The notes below the pieces were generated by a model. The model was not told the origin of the DNA. It searched no databases and saw only the letters and a program-made list of their open reading frames with translations. This document shows, piece by piece, positions 13,180-25,814 of a stretch of 64,000 nucleotides of DNA. This DNA is from Raillietiella orientalis (taxonomy: Eukaryota): positions 1,178,001 through 1,242,000 of the forward strand of contig JAYWIR010000015.1 in the NCBI GenBank assembly GCA_036172245.1. The letters are read 5' to 3'. The position numbers were made by a program, and so were the translations under genes. How positions within the stretch are numbered: the first letter of the stretch is position 1; every line of letters begins with the position of its first letter.

Positions 13180-15925
13180 CACTTGAAAGTCTTTGCCTGT
13201 GGAATCCGAGGGTTCAGTTTTGAGGAGTTATTCCTCTCTATCCTTTTGTCATTTCACGTTATTCTTCCTCGATCTATTTTAAAGTGTTGCAGCGTTTTTC
13301 TTAGAACACAATCAAACTAATTCAAACAAAATATTGTGCTAGCTGAGAAATACTGTACTCGGAAATATAGGCGCTAATGGAGTAATGGAAAGCACTACGA
13401 GAAAATCTACAAACTTTTTTTTTTTTTGTCTTTTGATAATCCTAACGTTCCGAAATTAACGGTGTACGGCAAAATGGTGCGTTCAATTACGATTAATAAA
13501 CAAACCGCATGGATATCTTCAAAAAGCATCAAAATGCGGACATGATATGCACATTGGGATCATGAAAGAATCCCTGGAGCATGCAAGGGATGCGGTGTTC
13601 CATGCTGGAAAAAAAAAAAAAACTTGGAAACTGAAAAACATCTAAGAGGTGCACGTGCTTACTTCAAGACAGAAGTTTCACAACGCTGGCGATCTTTAAT
13701 CTGTACATCACCCCATGTCTCAAACTGGGTGGTGCATTTTGTCGATTCGGGAGTCTTCTCGCCAGGGGAGCTCCACAAGTCAGCCCGGACCTACCCGGAT
13801 GCTTAATAAACTCCTTCATGTGGGTGACCAGTCAGAATCGCCAACGAAGGATTGGTCTTCCCTTTCGTCGCAAGCTTCCAAATGGAAATGGTGAGGAAAA
13901 GCTTCCCCAAACCTGCAAAGGGCATGAAATCCGAGGTTTCAGAGTCTGGCGCGACACGAAACGAAGCGTTCTCGGTTCTCCACTGTGGCCTCGGTCACGT
14001 TGAGACTTAGTAATGGACGATTTCGTTTCATGGTTGAAACTTCGCGATGGGTGCTCCGTCTTTCAGCTTTAAACTACAGAGGAAGATTGAACTCCTCCTC
14101 CTGGGAATTCTTCCAAGGGAATCTAGGCAGCGTTTAATAGAAGAGAGTCGAAATGATCGTACTTTCGATGCCGTATGCACCACATCATATGATAATTGCC
14201 TTCCGCCGTTATGACCTGGTCTCTATCTACGATTAAATGCAGGTTCTATCCTATCTGAGATCCACGGAAACGGGGCAAAACAGCTCTCCAACGGCGTCCG
14301 CATCCGATTTAATGAAATGCAATTAGATGCTGAATGCATTTAGCCTTAAGAAGGTCCCAGGTACGAATGAACTTCTAGGGTTACTAATGACCCTTCGATA
14401 ATTCAAATAATGCTATTAAGGTGTAGCGAAAACAACTGAAATAATGGGCAGGTAGGGCCGTAAAGCTAAAGGTTTACTGAACTGTTCAGAAGGCACGGAT
14501 TTCTTGAACTGAGTTGAACGTTTACGCACACGCAGGAAACAAAACGGAAAAGATTACCGGTGAGATGTGCGGTCTCGCCAAAGACGGTCTCGTTCCTTGC
14601 GAGACTGTGCTCTTCAGCGAAGCTCCGATGTTGCTCTGATGTTCGCTCGTCTGCGCGGCCGAAACCTGGTCACTTTCGCAACACCCCGTGATGAATCTGA
14701 ACGAGATAGAGATGGTCCTCCCAGCTGCCGAACACGGCGGAACAAAGGCAGACAGCGTCGCAAGCAGCGCGAAGCGAAAAACCTGGCGTCCGTTTGCTCG
14801 CAAAATGGCAGGGAAAGAAAACATCCGGGGAAAAAGACGTTTTTAGGCTGTTGTTGTCGTTTTTTCCGCAATGCGTTTGCTGATATCTGCTGCAAACGAA
14901 TCCGCTCTCGCTCCCTTGTGTTCTTCTTGCCACTGGGTCTGACCCTTCGCTGATTCGGGGCAGGGATCCTTAGGCAATCCGGTACCACTTCGAAGCAAAC
15001 ATGTTTTCGTCCCAGGAAACGTTCCAGATCGCAGATTCAACCTGCGAGCATCTCCGGCAGCCACTGCGGCAGTCGCGCGACGGATCCGAGCCCACTCCGG
15101 AGCTCGATCTCCGTCGTACGGCGACGGCACGCGCAGCGGGGAGCTCGCTTGGAAACGCGCGGATCCCGGGACGTCTCCGCGCGCGCCCCTCCCTCCCCCC
15201 AGAGGGGAGCGCTCGCATCCGGGTGAGGGAGGGGGGAAGGGGGCGCGCGGCGGCACGATCCCCCCCCCCACGTTCGGACGGGGGTCGCCTCCGACCCTGG
15301 TTCCCCCTCCGGCTCCAGCCGATGCGGCCGCAGCGCGAGAGAGACCTACATTGGACCTAGGCGACGCTCCCGGCCAAAACAACATCTCGCTCGGCTGGAT
15401 GCTGCCGCGCCAGTTAACGGAGGCTACCGTCGGGGCTCGCAGCGTGGTGGTCGTTGCTGCTGCGGACGGAGAGGCGAACCTGCGGTCGTTGGTTCTCAGT
15501 CTCGGAATGATGAAGTGACGGGAAAGAGAGTGAGCAGTTAGGTATGTGGAAAAAGTATAAAACAGGTCGTTGCGTCCACCCGACGGCGTGTTCAGCCGTG
15601 GTGCTGTTGTCGAGATCTTGAGCCGAATCGGTTGCAGAGCTTTTCCGAATTTGCAACGTAGACTAAGGTTTGGCAGTAACTTTGCATTCCTCTATCGTCG
15701 CTCCCCGGACTATGCCCCAAACAGTTGTTATTTGTGTAAAAGATGGGAAAAAAAAAAGAAGAAGAAAAAAAAAAAAGACTTTCACAAGTCTTCTTTCAGC
15801 ATGGCAAAATATAGGCATGCGTTGCCAGAAATCATAGACGGCAGTCTGTAGAGTACGTGAAATGGAATGCTTGCGAATGGAATCCAATTTTCGATAACTG
15901 GGAAATGAAAACTCAGGTTTAAGAC

Positions 15926-18900
15926 ATGATTGGTTTGCTTTGGATGTGGGAGTGTATTGCTGTTTGCTCCGCTCTGGCAGCGAAAGGACCCAACGTGTGC
16001 ACGAAGGAAGAGAGGTAAGCCGAGTATGTTTATCCGTTTGTTCCGTCGCACAACCACGAAAGTGTAAACCTTGCCAATTGCTCCTCTTGATTCTAGCACG
16101 GTGAAAACCGTCCGGGTATCCTATCATGAGCCGTATCAAGTGCGTACATATACTTGGTGCTTGGCCGTACCACCAGTGTGCTCCAAATTCAAGATTAATT
16201 ACCGTATATCGTTTAAAGACGAACTTCGTCCAGAAACAAGAACAAAGTTAGCATGCTGTAAAGGCTATGCCGAAACTGGGGATGGAGAAAGCTGTATCCC
16301 CATTTGTTCCAATCCATGTATACATGGCATATGTGAAATGCCTGAAACGTGTAAATGTCAGCCAGGCTATAGTGGACCCACTTGCAATATCCATTGCCCT
16401 AATGGTTCATGGGGTCCTGGGTGCTTGAACTACTGCCCATGTAAAAATGGAGCAAAATGTGACCCCCTGTTTGGCAACTGTACATGTTTACCTGGGTGGA
16501 AAGGAAAATTCTGTGATGAATTGTGCACACCTGGAACTTATGGAGAAGAATGTCGATATCTTTGTCGTTGTCAGAATAATGGGAAGTGTGATTCTGCATC
16601 AGGAGCCTGTGATTGCCCTGCTGGATGGATGGGCCCATTATGTGAATCCATGTGTCCAGATGGGATGCATGGGAAAGAGTGTTCCTCTCCATGCCAATGT
16701 CAGAACGATGGTAAATGCAATGCGATCTCGGGAAATTGTAACTGCACTCCAGGATGGACTGTAAGTACAAAGTGTGGGAGAAGAGGTTCACTGAATCCTA
16801 GGGCCATGTCTGTGCTAATCCATGTCCTGAAGGCACATGGGGTGATGGTTGCAGCAAAAAATGTAAATGTTATAATGGTGCGCATTGTGATCCTGTCAGC
16901 GGCCAATGTACTTGCCAGCCTGGTTACTGGGGTGACATGTGTCAAGAACAGTGTCCTTTGGGAAAATGGGGACCGCAGTGTACAGAATCCTGTGTATGCC
17001 CTCCTAATAGCCAATGTGATCCTACAGATGGGCGGTGCATTTGTAACCAAGGGTGGACAGGGCCTGAATGCATTGAAAGGGTTTGCCCTGATCATCAGTA
17101 TGGACCTGAGTGTCAGAATCTTTGTTTGTGTTCGAATCATACAGAAATATGTCACCCTTGGACTGGTGCATGCATTTGTGCTCCTGGATGGGATGGACAG
17201 ACATGCTCCCAGCCTTGTCCTACATATTTTTATGGAAAGCAATGTGAACAATTATGCACTTGCCAAAATGATGCCTTTTGCAATCCTGCAGATGGAAGTT
17301 GTGAATGTGCTCCAGGTTGGTTGGGGATAAACTGTAGTGAGCCATGTGCATCCGGATGGTATGGACAAAACTGTACTCAAAAGTGCCAGTGTAAAAATGC
17401 ATCTATTTGTTCTCATGAAGATGGACATTGTTTGTGCTATCCTGGATGGGTTGGCATGCTGTGTGATAAACCTTGTCCTGGAGGCTGGTATGGAGAAGGT
17501 TGCAACAAGTCTTGTCAGTGCCAAAATGAAGCATCCTGCAATCACATTACAGGAGCATGCACTTGTGCTCTGGGATGGCATGGTACTCATTGTGACATAG
17601 CATGCCCCTTTGGCACTCATGGATTGGGATGTGCATCTTCATGTCAGTGTAACTGGGAAAACACTGAATCATGTGATGCAAAAACAGGAGCTTGTATTTG
17701 TAAATCTGGATGGCAGGGAGTTAAATGTGACAGCCAATGCAAACGAGGATATTGGGGATCTAACTGCCAAACAAAATGTACATGTGAAAATCGTAGTTCT
17801 TGTGATCCAGGGTCTGGAATTTGCCATTGTGAGCGTGGCTGGAAAGGACCTCATTGTGATGAACCATGTGAACCTGGATTCTTTGGTACAAACTGTGAAG
17901 AAAGTTGCCCTTCCTGTGTACATTCCATCTCATCATGTGATCATATTACTGGAAAGTGTGTATGTGCTGCAGGATACACAGGACTCAGCTGTGCTGAACC
18001 ATGTCCTCCTGGCCATTATGGGCAACAGTGCTCAGCAGTCTGTCGATGCCATGAAAATGGGGAATGTAATCATGTTGATGGAATATGCCATTGTTTCCCT
18101 GGATGGACTGGTAAGGACTGCAGCCAAATGTGCCCTGAAGGAACATATGGATATAATTGTCAGCAAAAATGTAGAAAGTGTTGGAATGGTGGTCGATGCC
18201 GTCCTAATGATGGCTCTTGCCAGTGTACTCCAGGATGGACTGGATTCACATGTAGTGAACTTTGTCCTCCTGGTTTGTTTGGTGATCACTGTATGGAAGA
18301 ATGCCATTGCAAAAATAACAATTTCACTTGCCACCCTATCGAGGGGTGTGTGTGTCATCTGGGAGTTACGGGTGAAAATTGTGATATCCCCCTTATTTTG
18401 CGAAATTATCAGGATGCCCAAGAAAGTTCCAATTCTGCTAGCATTGTAGCAGGCATTTTCATATTTTTGCTAGTAGCTGTACTTCTTCTCACATTAGTGC
18501 TTTATTATCGAAGAAGACTGTCTCGTCTTAAGCGTCAACTGGCCAGTGTGCACTATCATGCAGAATCTGCAAATTCAGGTAAGAATTTCTCTTGTTGGCC
18601 ACTGTGTTTTATTCATTTCAGATCCATATCACTTTGACAATCCTGTATACAATGCCTGCATGGGGCCAGGTTGTAACATGCACACTGTTCCTCTCAACAA
18701 TGCAATTAAGCATATCAAGAATGATTTGAAGGAAAACAATTTGCTAAAGGGAGCTGAATGCAAAAATCAGTATGATTATCCCCATGCTAAATCGCAAGAT
18801 GCAGATGCAGGCAATCCCAAACTTTATAGTAGCAGTGAGCATGTTTACTGTGAGATAAAGGATAATCTTAAGAAAGAAGGTAGGAAATAAAAAAAAGGGG

Positions 18901-19069
18901 GACCTTCAAAACTAAAACCCATTTTTGTTTCCTTCCTTTTTTAGACAGCTGTACAAATAATGTAGAAGACTATGATGCATTAGACCAGTCACCAAGTGAA
19001 GTTATGTGCAATGGAACTTTTTATCAAGTACCAAAGAACTCCATGAGAAAAATTCGTTTGGGTGATTAG
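15926..19069 (+). CDS. drpr: Draper/CED-1/MEGF10-11 family engulfment receptor (signal peptide, EMI domain, long EGF-like repeat array, one TM helix, NPxY/YxxL tail), 5 exons, ~970 aa
   Basis: Exons 15926-16014, 16097-16760, 16802-18578, 18622-18879, 18945-19069 are joined by GT-AG introns of 82, 41, 43 and 65 nt. The total of 2913 nt stays in frame to TAG. N-terminus MIGLLWMWECIAVCSALAAKGPNVC, EMI-like WCLAVPPVC...CCKGY, many CxCxxGWxGxxC repeats, TM IVAGIFIFLLVAVLLLTLVLYY followed by RRR, cytoplasmic FDNPVY and YDAL. AATAAA at 19192-19197. Confidence 0.93.
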
Positions 19070-20744
19070 TTTTGCAGACGTATACATGAAAAAAAAAAAA
19101 AATACTCGTGAAGATTTTCTATTTTTAACTCCTTTGAGATTTGTATTCCTGAATTCTTGGATGTAAAGTTTTTCATATGACCTATTTATTTAATAAAGTA
19201 TTTTATCCTCAGAAATTTCGTTTTTTTTTTATACTTTCGTTAGGAATTCCCAGGGACGTTTATTAATAGAGGGCTTATTCAGAACATATTTCCCTGTTAA
19301 CTATGATGCATATTATAAAAACAGCGAAAATATTCAAATATCTTAATAACGGAAGCATCTCTCTTTCGAGATACAATATGCATATATAAGAATTCAGGAT
19401 AAATATCTATTCGGAATAATATTCCTGTGGAATTTGCTCTGCGTTTGCCAGAAATTGAATGCGGTTTACTTAATTCAGCATCATGTAACAAGTGATGATT
19501 ACATACATGTAGTACATTACAAAGCTTTGTTTTGTCCCAGGTAAAAACTGGGATTTCTGTTTACAGAGTGTTCCCTCGAGCAATACTGTCCACGCAAGCC
19601 GCAGATAGACACTGAGGGAATGCAAAGGCCTGAAACGTTCGTGTGAAATCCCGAAAACCCCAAAATTTTCCTGAGGACGTTTTAATCGACGTAGAAGGCG
19701 CTCTCTCTATTTCTGTACGACCGGCGACTTGGAATTCAAGGTAGCCCAGTTCCTCAGTCTTTGAATAGGGATCCTCTGCAAATATCTGAAGGGAGGAATC
19801 TCGCAAGCAGGAATTGAAAGAAGGAGATCTTTCCAACAGAGAAGCAGACGAGAGTTCACCACGATGGACAGGGTGGCGGCCACCCCGTGGATGCCAAGAG
19901 CTCATGAGGGCTATAGGGCTCGTTGGGCAAAGAGCTCATGAGATCCCTATACATTTACGGTTAGCATTCATGATCAGCGGGTCAGTAAGTCAGCTCTTCC
20001 AAGGTGAGTACAGACTTGATGAGGTTTCATTTCAATATGAAGGTTTTCTTTATCTCAATGATTGGAGGGTTTAATTTTTGCTGCATAAGGGAGTCTTGAG
20101 CTTCCTGGTGGGCCTTATCGGGAATTCTATCCCTCCATCTTTTGTCTAAAATCCAAATTGCCATCACCTGAATCAAATGAAATTTGTTCTTCAAAAAGCA
20201 AAATAAAATAAACTTGAGAAAGTTTTCTATTCTGCGGTTTCAAGTATCTCGTAAATTTCGGGCCTTTAATGTAGCATATTTTATCACTGATTGATTTCTC
20301 GTAAAAATTTTCGTGTCCAGTCTCCAATAAGGAAGACATCGAGACTTCACGGCATGCACACTACTTGCAGCTCACAAGTTAAAATAAACATTTATGTATA
20401 TATATATTTAAGTTTTTTCACTGACTGATTTGGGTTTATTACAACGAGAGAGCATATCGAATTAACCTTGAAATGAAGGGAATGAAAATCCCTTGTGGTT
20501 TTCGTTTTCTTTAAGACATACTACATATACTGTGCATGTCATTCCAAGGGGCCGTGTATTTTCAAATGCTGCCACGGAAATCCTTTTAGGTTCTTTTGCG
20601 TGTTCGCTGTTTGCCCTTCCAGCTTTTTTTTGGGGGGGAGGGGGTTCTTTCTTTTTTTGGTTTGCTAAGTACTCAAGAACCGTCGTTCGCTTGGCGGCAT
20701 ACGAAGCTGTTCCATGCCACTCGACGGTGTGTGCAGTAACTCTT

Positions 20745-21370
20745 TAAGTTAGGGGTACCCCGGGAGGGGAACATCCTATGAATCCAGGATGGACTCCGGA
20801 AAAAGGAGTCCGTTGCTTGGGAGGGAACCCGAAGGGAGCCAACCCTCCACCCTGGTTTGTCTCCGAAGGGAACTCCCCTGAGGGGGGCGGTCCATTGTTT
20901 CTTCTCCGAAGGGGACAACCCTCAATGGGAATCGCTCCTTGTTACTCCTCTGAAGAGACCCCGAAGAGACGCTTCCAAATTTTTCACTGTACGGTCGCTC
21001 CCGAAGGGAACAGCGCACTTCACACTCCGGAGAGATATCGATCCACCGCTCCATGGTACGCTCCCCCCCGAGGGTAGGGGGCGGCTCCAGTTTCACAACC
21101 GGAAGGAAACGGCTCTTTGATTCCTGGAAGGACTCCGAAGGGTCAGCTTCCAAACCGGGGGACATCAATGGGGACATCCTGTTTCCCACTTCCACATGCG
21201 CCACACTCGAATATAGCGTCATCCTTCGGGGGGAAGAGGGGATTCGAATCCCACGACGCACTCCCGGTTGTCGGCGTCGATGCTTCCCCGGGAGGGATTC
21301 GAACCGGCGTCCCTTGGTGCCGCGCAAGGAAGCCGCAGTCACACGGCTTCCGATGGGGGCTGAGTCAATG
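20745..21370 (-). mobile_element. tRNA-headed SINE-like element, copy 1 (most complete)
   Basis: The minus strand starts with a tRNA-like head carrying two B-box-like motifs (plus-strand gggattcgaacc ~21294 and gggattcgaatccc ~21239). The body is colinear with 23135-23570 and 39165-39625. Confidence 0.65.
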
Positions 21371-21979
21371 GATTACTGCGTGGTGCGTTTCATAGGCAGC
21401 ACAGGATGCCGATAGAATACGGCGTTCAGGAGGTTCAAAACGCCAGTCGCGAACGAGCGCTTCCTTTAAAAGAAGAAGCAATTCCGCTCCTCCGTTTCGG
21501 TTGCATGAGAAAAAAAAAAGGAAATTGAAAACGAAAGCTCAACGCTTGTTGATGCCCTTACGAAACAATCCAGGCAAATCTCGACAGTGAAATCAACGGA
21601 GTGTGCGAACAAAAAGAGCGTGGGGATACATTTACATTCGTTTGCACATCGCCCACTCCCCCCACTCCCAGCGCGCTTCCCTTACAAGCAAGACGACGAT
21701 CTGTTGGAGCAGCTTGCCAGCTTTCGCCAGATCCTGGATAATGCCAACTCATTTCACTCTCTGCTCGTTCCAGCAAATTCGACTTTCCTCAAGGCATTTC
21801 GAGGGTCGTTTCATTCATCTCGGAAAAAAAAAAGAAAAAGGCTTTGATTTCTTCATATTGAAAGCAGGAGGAATGCAGTGGACCAACATTGAGGATCTCG
21901 AACAGACCCAGAGCGAAACGAACTGCAAATCTGTTGCTTTCCATTTCAAGCACGAAATTTTTTTCCCGTCCAGATCTCT

Positions 21980-22875
21980 GATTTGTTTGCTCCCAATTAG
22001 GCTGAGAACGGGAAACTTGCGCAGCTTCCCTTCACTGGTTTCTGGGGCGGCTCAGGTTGCAGAGCTCTCGCGAGAAAAAAAGAGGTCGGAACTGGAGGTA
22101 CTGCCCCAGTTGCTCCAGTCCCCTCCTTACACGATGCAGACCCCCGCGCAGATGTAGTTCTTCCGTCTCCCTGACTCGTGAGGCAGGAACCCAAATTGGG
22201 AGTCACCGACTCGGCAGGGTGACACCCGAGGAGTCGTCGACTCGCGAAAGTGTTCTGCCCCTTGTGAGGGGCAGTGCTGTGGGTCAAGGTGTGGTTTTCC
22301 CCGTGAGACGACGGCTTCCTCCTGCCAAGCTCTTCACGACGACGGTGCGAACCGCTCCGGAGAGGAGGCAACGAGGATTCAACCTCGAGGCCGTGGAGGC
22401 GATCCAGGGATGCCTGCCGTCGCTCAGTTTCCGTTCCCGGCGAGAGGAGAGATATGCAAGAGCACACGGCCTCAGGTTTACAGGTCCGCTCTCCCATACG
22501 AGGCAATCAGTCTCACTTACGAGGAAGAGCCGCGCATGACCTGGACGATGGGGTGCAGCAGGATTGGGGTGCCTTAAGAGGATTTGTTTGGTATTGCATG
22601 AGCTTCAGCGTGATTTTCGGGTGAGCGCAGCTTCCGCTCGGTGCCAGTGACCCCCTCTCCCTCCATCCTCCCAGCCGCTGAGGACGCATCACTGCTCTTA
22701 GGTTTCCAGGGTCTCCGGTCACGCGTGAAAGGAGGGGTGCGCCATCGTCGACCACGGATGTGCGGCCTCCACGAGAGCGTGTGGGAGTCCAAAGAGGGAG
22801 AGTCCCTCCGTCATCCGGTCACGCAGAGTCGTTTATTTCTCTAGGATAAGGAAATAAACGATCCCGCGTGACCAT
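21980..22875 (+). mobile_element. Non-LTR retrotransposon fragment ending in a variant of the family 3' motif
   Basis: GC-rich decayed coding-like sequence ending in aaataaacgatcccgcgtgacc at ~22852. Confidence 0.35.
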
Positions 22876-23134
22876 ACCAGGAGTTCCTGCTAGGCACAAG
22901 AGGTTCATTAGGGAAGGCTCGCCGACTCGCAGATCGGCCGTACCCATGGATACGAAGCAGGAGGAACGGGACAGCAAGTAAATGACAAAAAAAAATTGCC
23001 GGGAAGGGGATGGAAGTCTTCGACGGGGCTGCTCCTGTTCCTTCGCAATCTTCACAAGGCGCTGGAGACATCCCGAGCGACTCCTGAGCTCCTGACTCTC
23101 CAGAAAAGACACCACCTCATCGCAGCCTTCATCG

Positions 23135-23570
23135 ACGAAAGAACCCCGAAGGGACGCTTCCGAATTTTCTCGGAAGGATGTGCTCCCTGAAGGAAGCAGT
23201 GCGCTACTTTGCACTCTGGAGAGGTACCACACCATGGTATGAGACGGAGGGTCCGTCTCCCCGAAGGGGGGGTCCGCTCTTTTGTACAACTGAAGGGAAC
23301 CCCCACTCCTTGAGTCTGTTTCCTGTAAGGACCCAGAGGATCGACTCCCATTGTCCCGGCCACTCATCGCGAGCATCCGGTTCGAAACGCTACCTGCTCC
23401 GCACCCGAAGACGGGCCGACCAGCGCCGTCTTGTGGAAGGAACTCGAACCCCTCGACATTCTCTCGGTGTCGGTTCTTTCCGAGTATTCGAACCCGCGAC
23501 GCATGGTGGTGCCGCGCGCGGAGACTGCAACCACGTGGCTTCCGACACGGTCAGCTCCATCAATGAATTC
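23135..23570 (-). mobile_element. tRNA-headed SINE-like element, copy 2
   Basis: On the minus strand: A-box-like AAGCCACGTGG, B-boxes GGTTCGAATAC and GGTTCGAGTTCC. Body blocks gaaccccgaagggacgcttccgaatttt and ctctggagaggtacc match copy 1 in order. Confidence 0.62.
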
Positions 23571-25814
23571 CGGTGATGATGCCTCGCCTGCAGCAGGGGC
23601 GGATGGCATAGCAACGACGGTGACCAGACGGGAGTCCACCTGGCACCAAGAAACGTCACAGCAAGTCCTTTGAAGTGTCTTCCGGATGCGGCGGCAGCGT
23701 CGCCAGCCTCCCCTCCCCCGCCCCCTCCGCCGGAAATCACGGGGAACTTTGCAGTCCGTGAGCGAGTGCGGGAGCCAACGGATAGCCTCGCAGGAACGGT
23801 TCTGGCAGCTCCTTTCCCCGGATGCGAGGTGTCGGCACTCGTCGCACTGGATGGAAACTCACCGAAACGTTCACACACAGTGAAGGCGGCTGTCTTCTGC
23901 TCACAGGGCAGGCAACGCTGCGGCGAACAGCGTAATGGATGATCGTGGCCACTTGGTCCAGCACCGCAAGATCCGACCTCGAGAGACGCCCTCGCGAGGC
24001 CACGCAGGCGAAGAAGATCCTCTGAACGCGCCCTTCCGTGAGCCTCGCCCAGGGTGTGCACGGTCTCCTGCAGAGAGGCGTTGGGAGGAGCGCCGGCCAG
24101 GCTGCTGGGTCTCCCGCCTCCCCACTCCGACCCTGGCGACCCGCGCGGACACGACCCGCTTCCCTTGCCACCCATGTTTTCCCCGTCGTCGCCGTTCGAG
24201 GCATTCTTGGAGCCAATGCGCTCAGGCAGCGGGCTATGCGCGTCAACAGGAACAAGTCCGTGGTCGTCCACCGTGGGAGCACCGTGGGAAGGGCAGTCAG
24301 ACTGGAGCCGCCTGGGGATCCCCGCGACCTGGAGCTTCGAGTTCCTTGGTGTTCCGTTGGGCGACTCCTGCGCCGCAGGAGCGCGGTATCCGGCTGCCTT
24401 CAAAAGGTCTGGTCACGCCAAGATTTTTATTTTTAAAAAAAATAAAAATGAAAAACACAGAAAAACAAGGAACACCGTTCCTTTTGGATGCGAAAAAGAA
24501 AAGCAAACGACTGCATTTTTTTTAAAAAAAAAAGCCCCAGGAGTCAAAAAATGCAGTGGAAGGCTTTTGCTACTGCTCTTAGTAAGCTCAGAATCTGGAA
24601 CACAGAGTTATTTTCATCTGCCAAGATCGACGAGCAGTCGCTTCTCCTAGCGTATCGACTTTGCCGCGGACCACGAAGGACAATGAAGCATCCTGACGAA
24701 TTGAAACGCTGAGGCACCAAAACCAAGCTACCGAAGTGAAAGAAAAGGGGGGGACGAACGAAAAAAAAAAAGGTGCGGGGGCAGAGGAAGAGGGGTAAGA
24801 GAATCGTGTTGGCGATGCTCGAGCTGCTGGGAACCTAAGGAAATTCTAAATCAACAACAGCAAACACGATGCCAAGCCTTGAGGAGAGGGAGAAGGAAGA
24901 GCAAAATTTTCGACCGCGTCGCACTGACACTCGTAATAGAGTCTTCGGGAACAAACGCCCCATTCGAATGAAGCATCGCCGCTGCTCACTTAGATGAAAG
25001 TGCATGACGACCGAGCGTCGACACTTCAAGCAGCTATTCATTCATTCCCTCCCCCTTCCTGTTTTCCCAGCTTCAGTATGACGAAGAACATGTGTGGAAG
25101 GAAGGTGACCGGTTCTCATGGGATCCTCTGTACGAAGGAAAAACAAGTAAAGATAAGATTTCGATCGACTTTCCCAAGATTCTTTTGTATCACGCTGAAG
25201 ATGAAACGCAACCGTGATTTATGATGTGCTCCTGGATTGCATGCTGCGATACGCCTCTTTCGGAGAACTTCGGAATTAAAAAACACGCGTCCTTCTCGCA
25301 CTTCCAGAAAAATTCGGAACCTTCCTTTTTGCTGCAGTACCTGGATTTCATGACTATTCAAGGGAATTCCAAAGGAGCTCGAAGTCTGAAGACAACAAAT
25401 AGCTTTTACAACTCTAGAAACGATAGTATCAACACGAGTCCAACATTTTGCAAACCACAGGTGTTGAAACAGAAAAGGATGACCCAAACGACACTACCAG
25501 GGCCGAAGCGTTAATGACACACAATAGCTTGAACCCACTTTACGTCATGTTCCTTGTATATTGGTGGATCAAAGCATTTTTTTTTTTTTTTAAAGAAAAG
25601 GCTCTAAGACGTTTCGAGTTTTTTTTTTTTAATGTATATATCATTTATGTATGAATGCAAAACGTCATGTGAAGGTAACTGCGGTCAACGAAGAGCGAGG
25701 ACACGCAGTGCCAGTGCCATCCAGACACACCAAACACTGCAAATGCCTTCACGAGAAGATCTTCATGCCTCGAAAACTCCAGATTTAGGTGTGAATTTTG
25801 TTATGGAAGAGAGC

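Noticed and set aside
15556..15562. TATAAAA as the draper TATA box
   Set aside because: It lies 370 nt from the ATG without a correctly spaced Inr, next to TE-like DNA; unsupported.
16071..18637. Two separate or frameshifted EGF genes (ORFs 16071-17330 and 16937-18637), or a pseudogene
   Set aside because: A 41-nt GT-AG intron (16761-16801) joins them in frame into one intact gene.
21230..21365. Functional tRNA genes (also 23430-23555)
   Set aside because: B-boxes are present, but no convincing cloverleaf, acceptor stem or oligo-T terminator; embedded in a dispersed repeat, so treated as SINE heads.
23390..24650. 337-aa minus ORF and overlapping ORFs as a viral or novel gene
   Set aside because: They cross SINE and TE boundaries, are low in complexity and show no viral hallmark motifs; more likely another decayed retroelement fragment.
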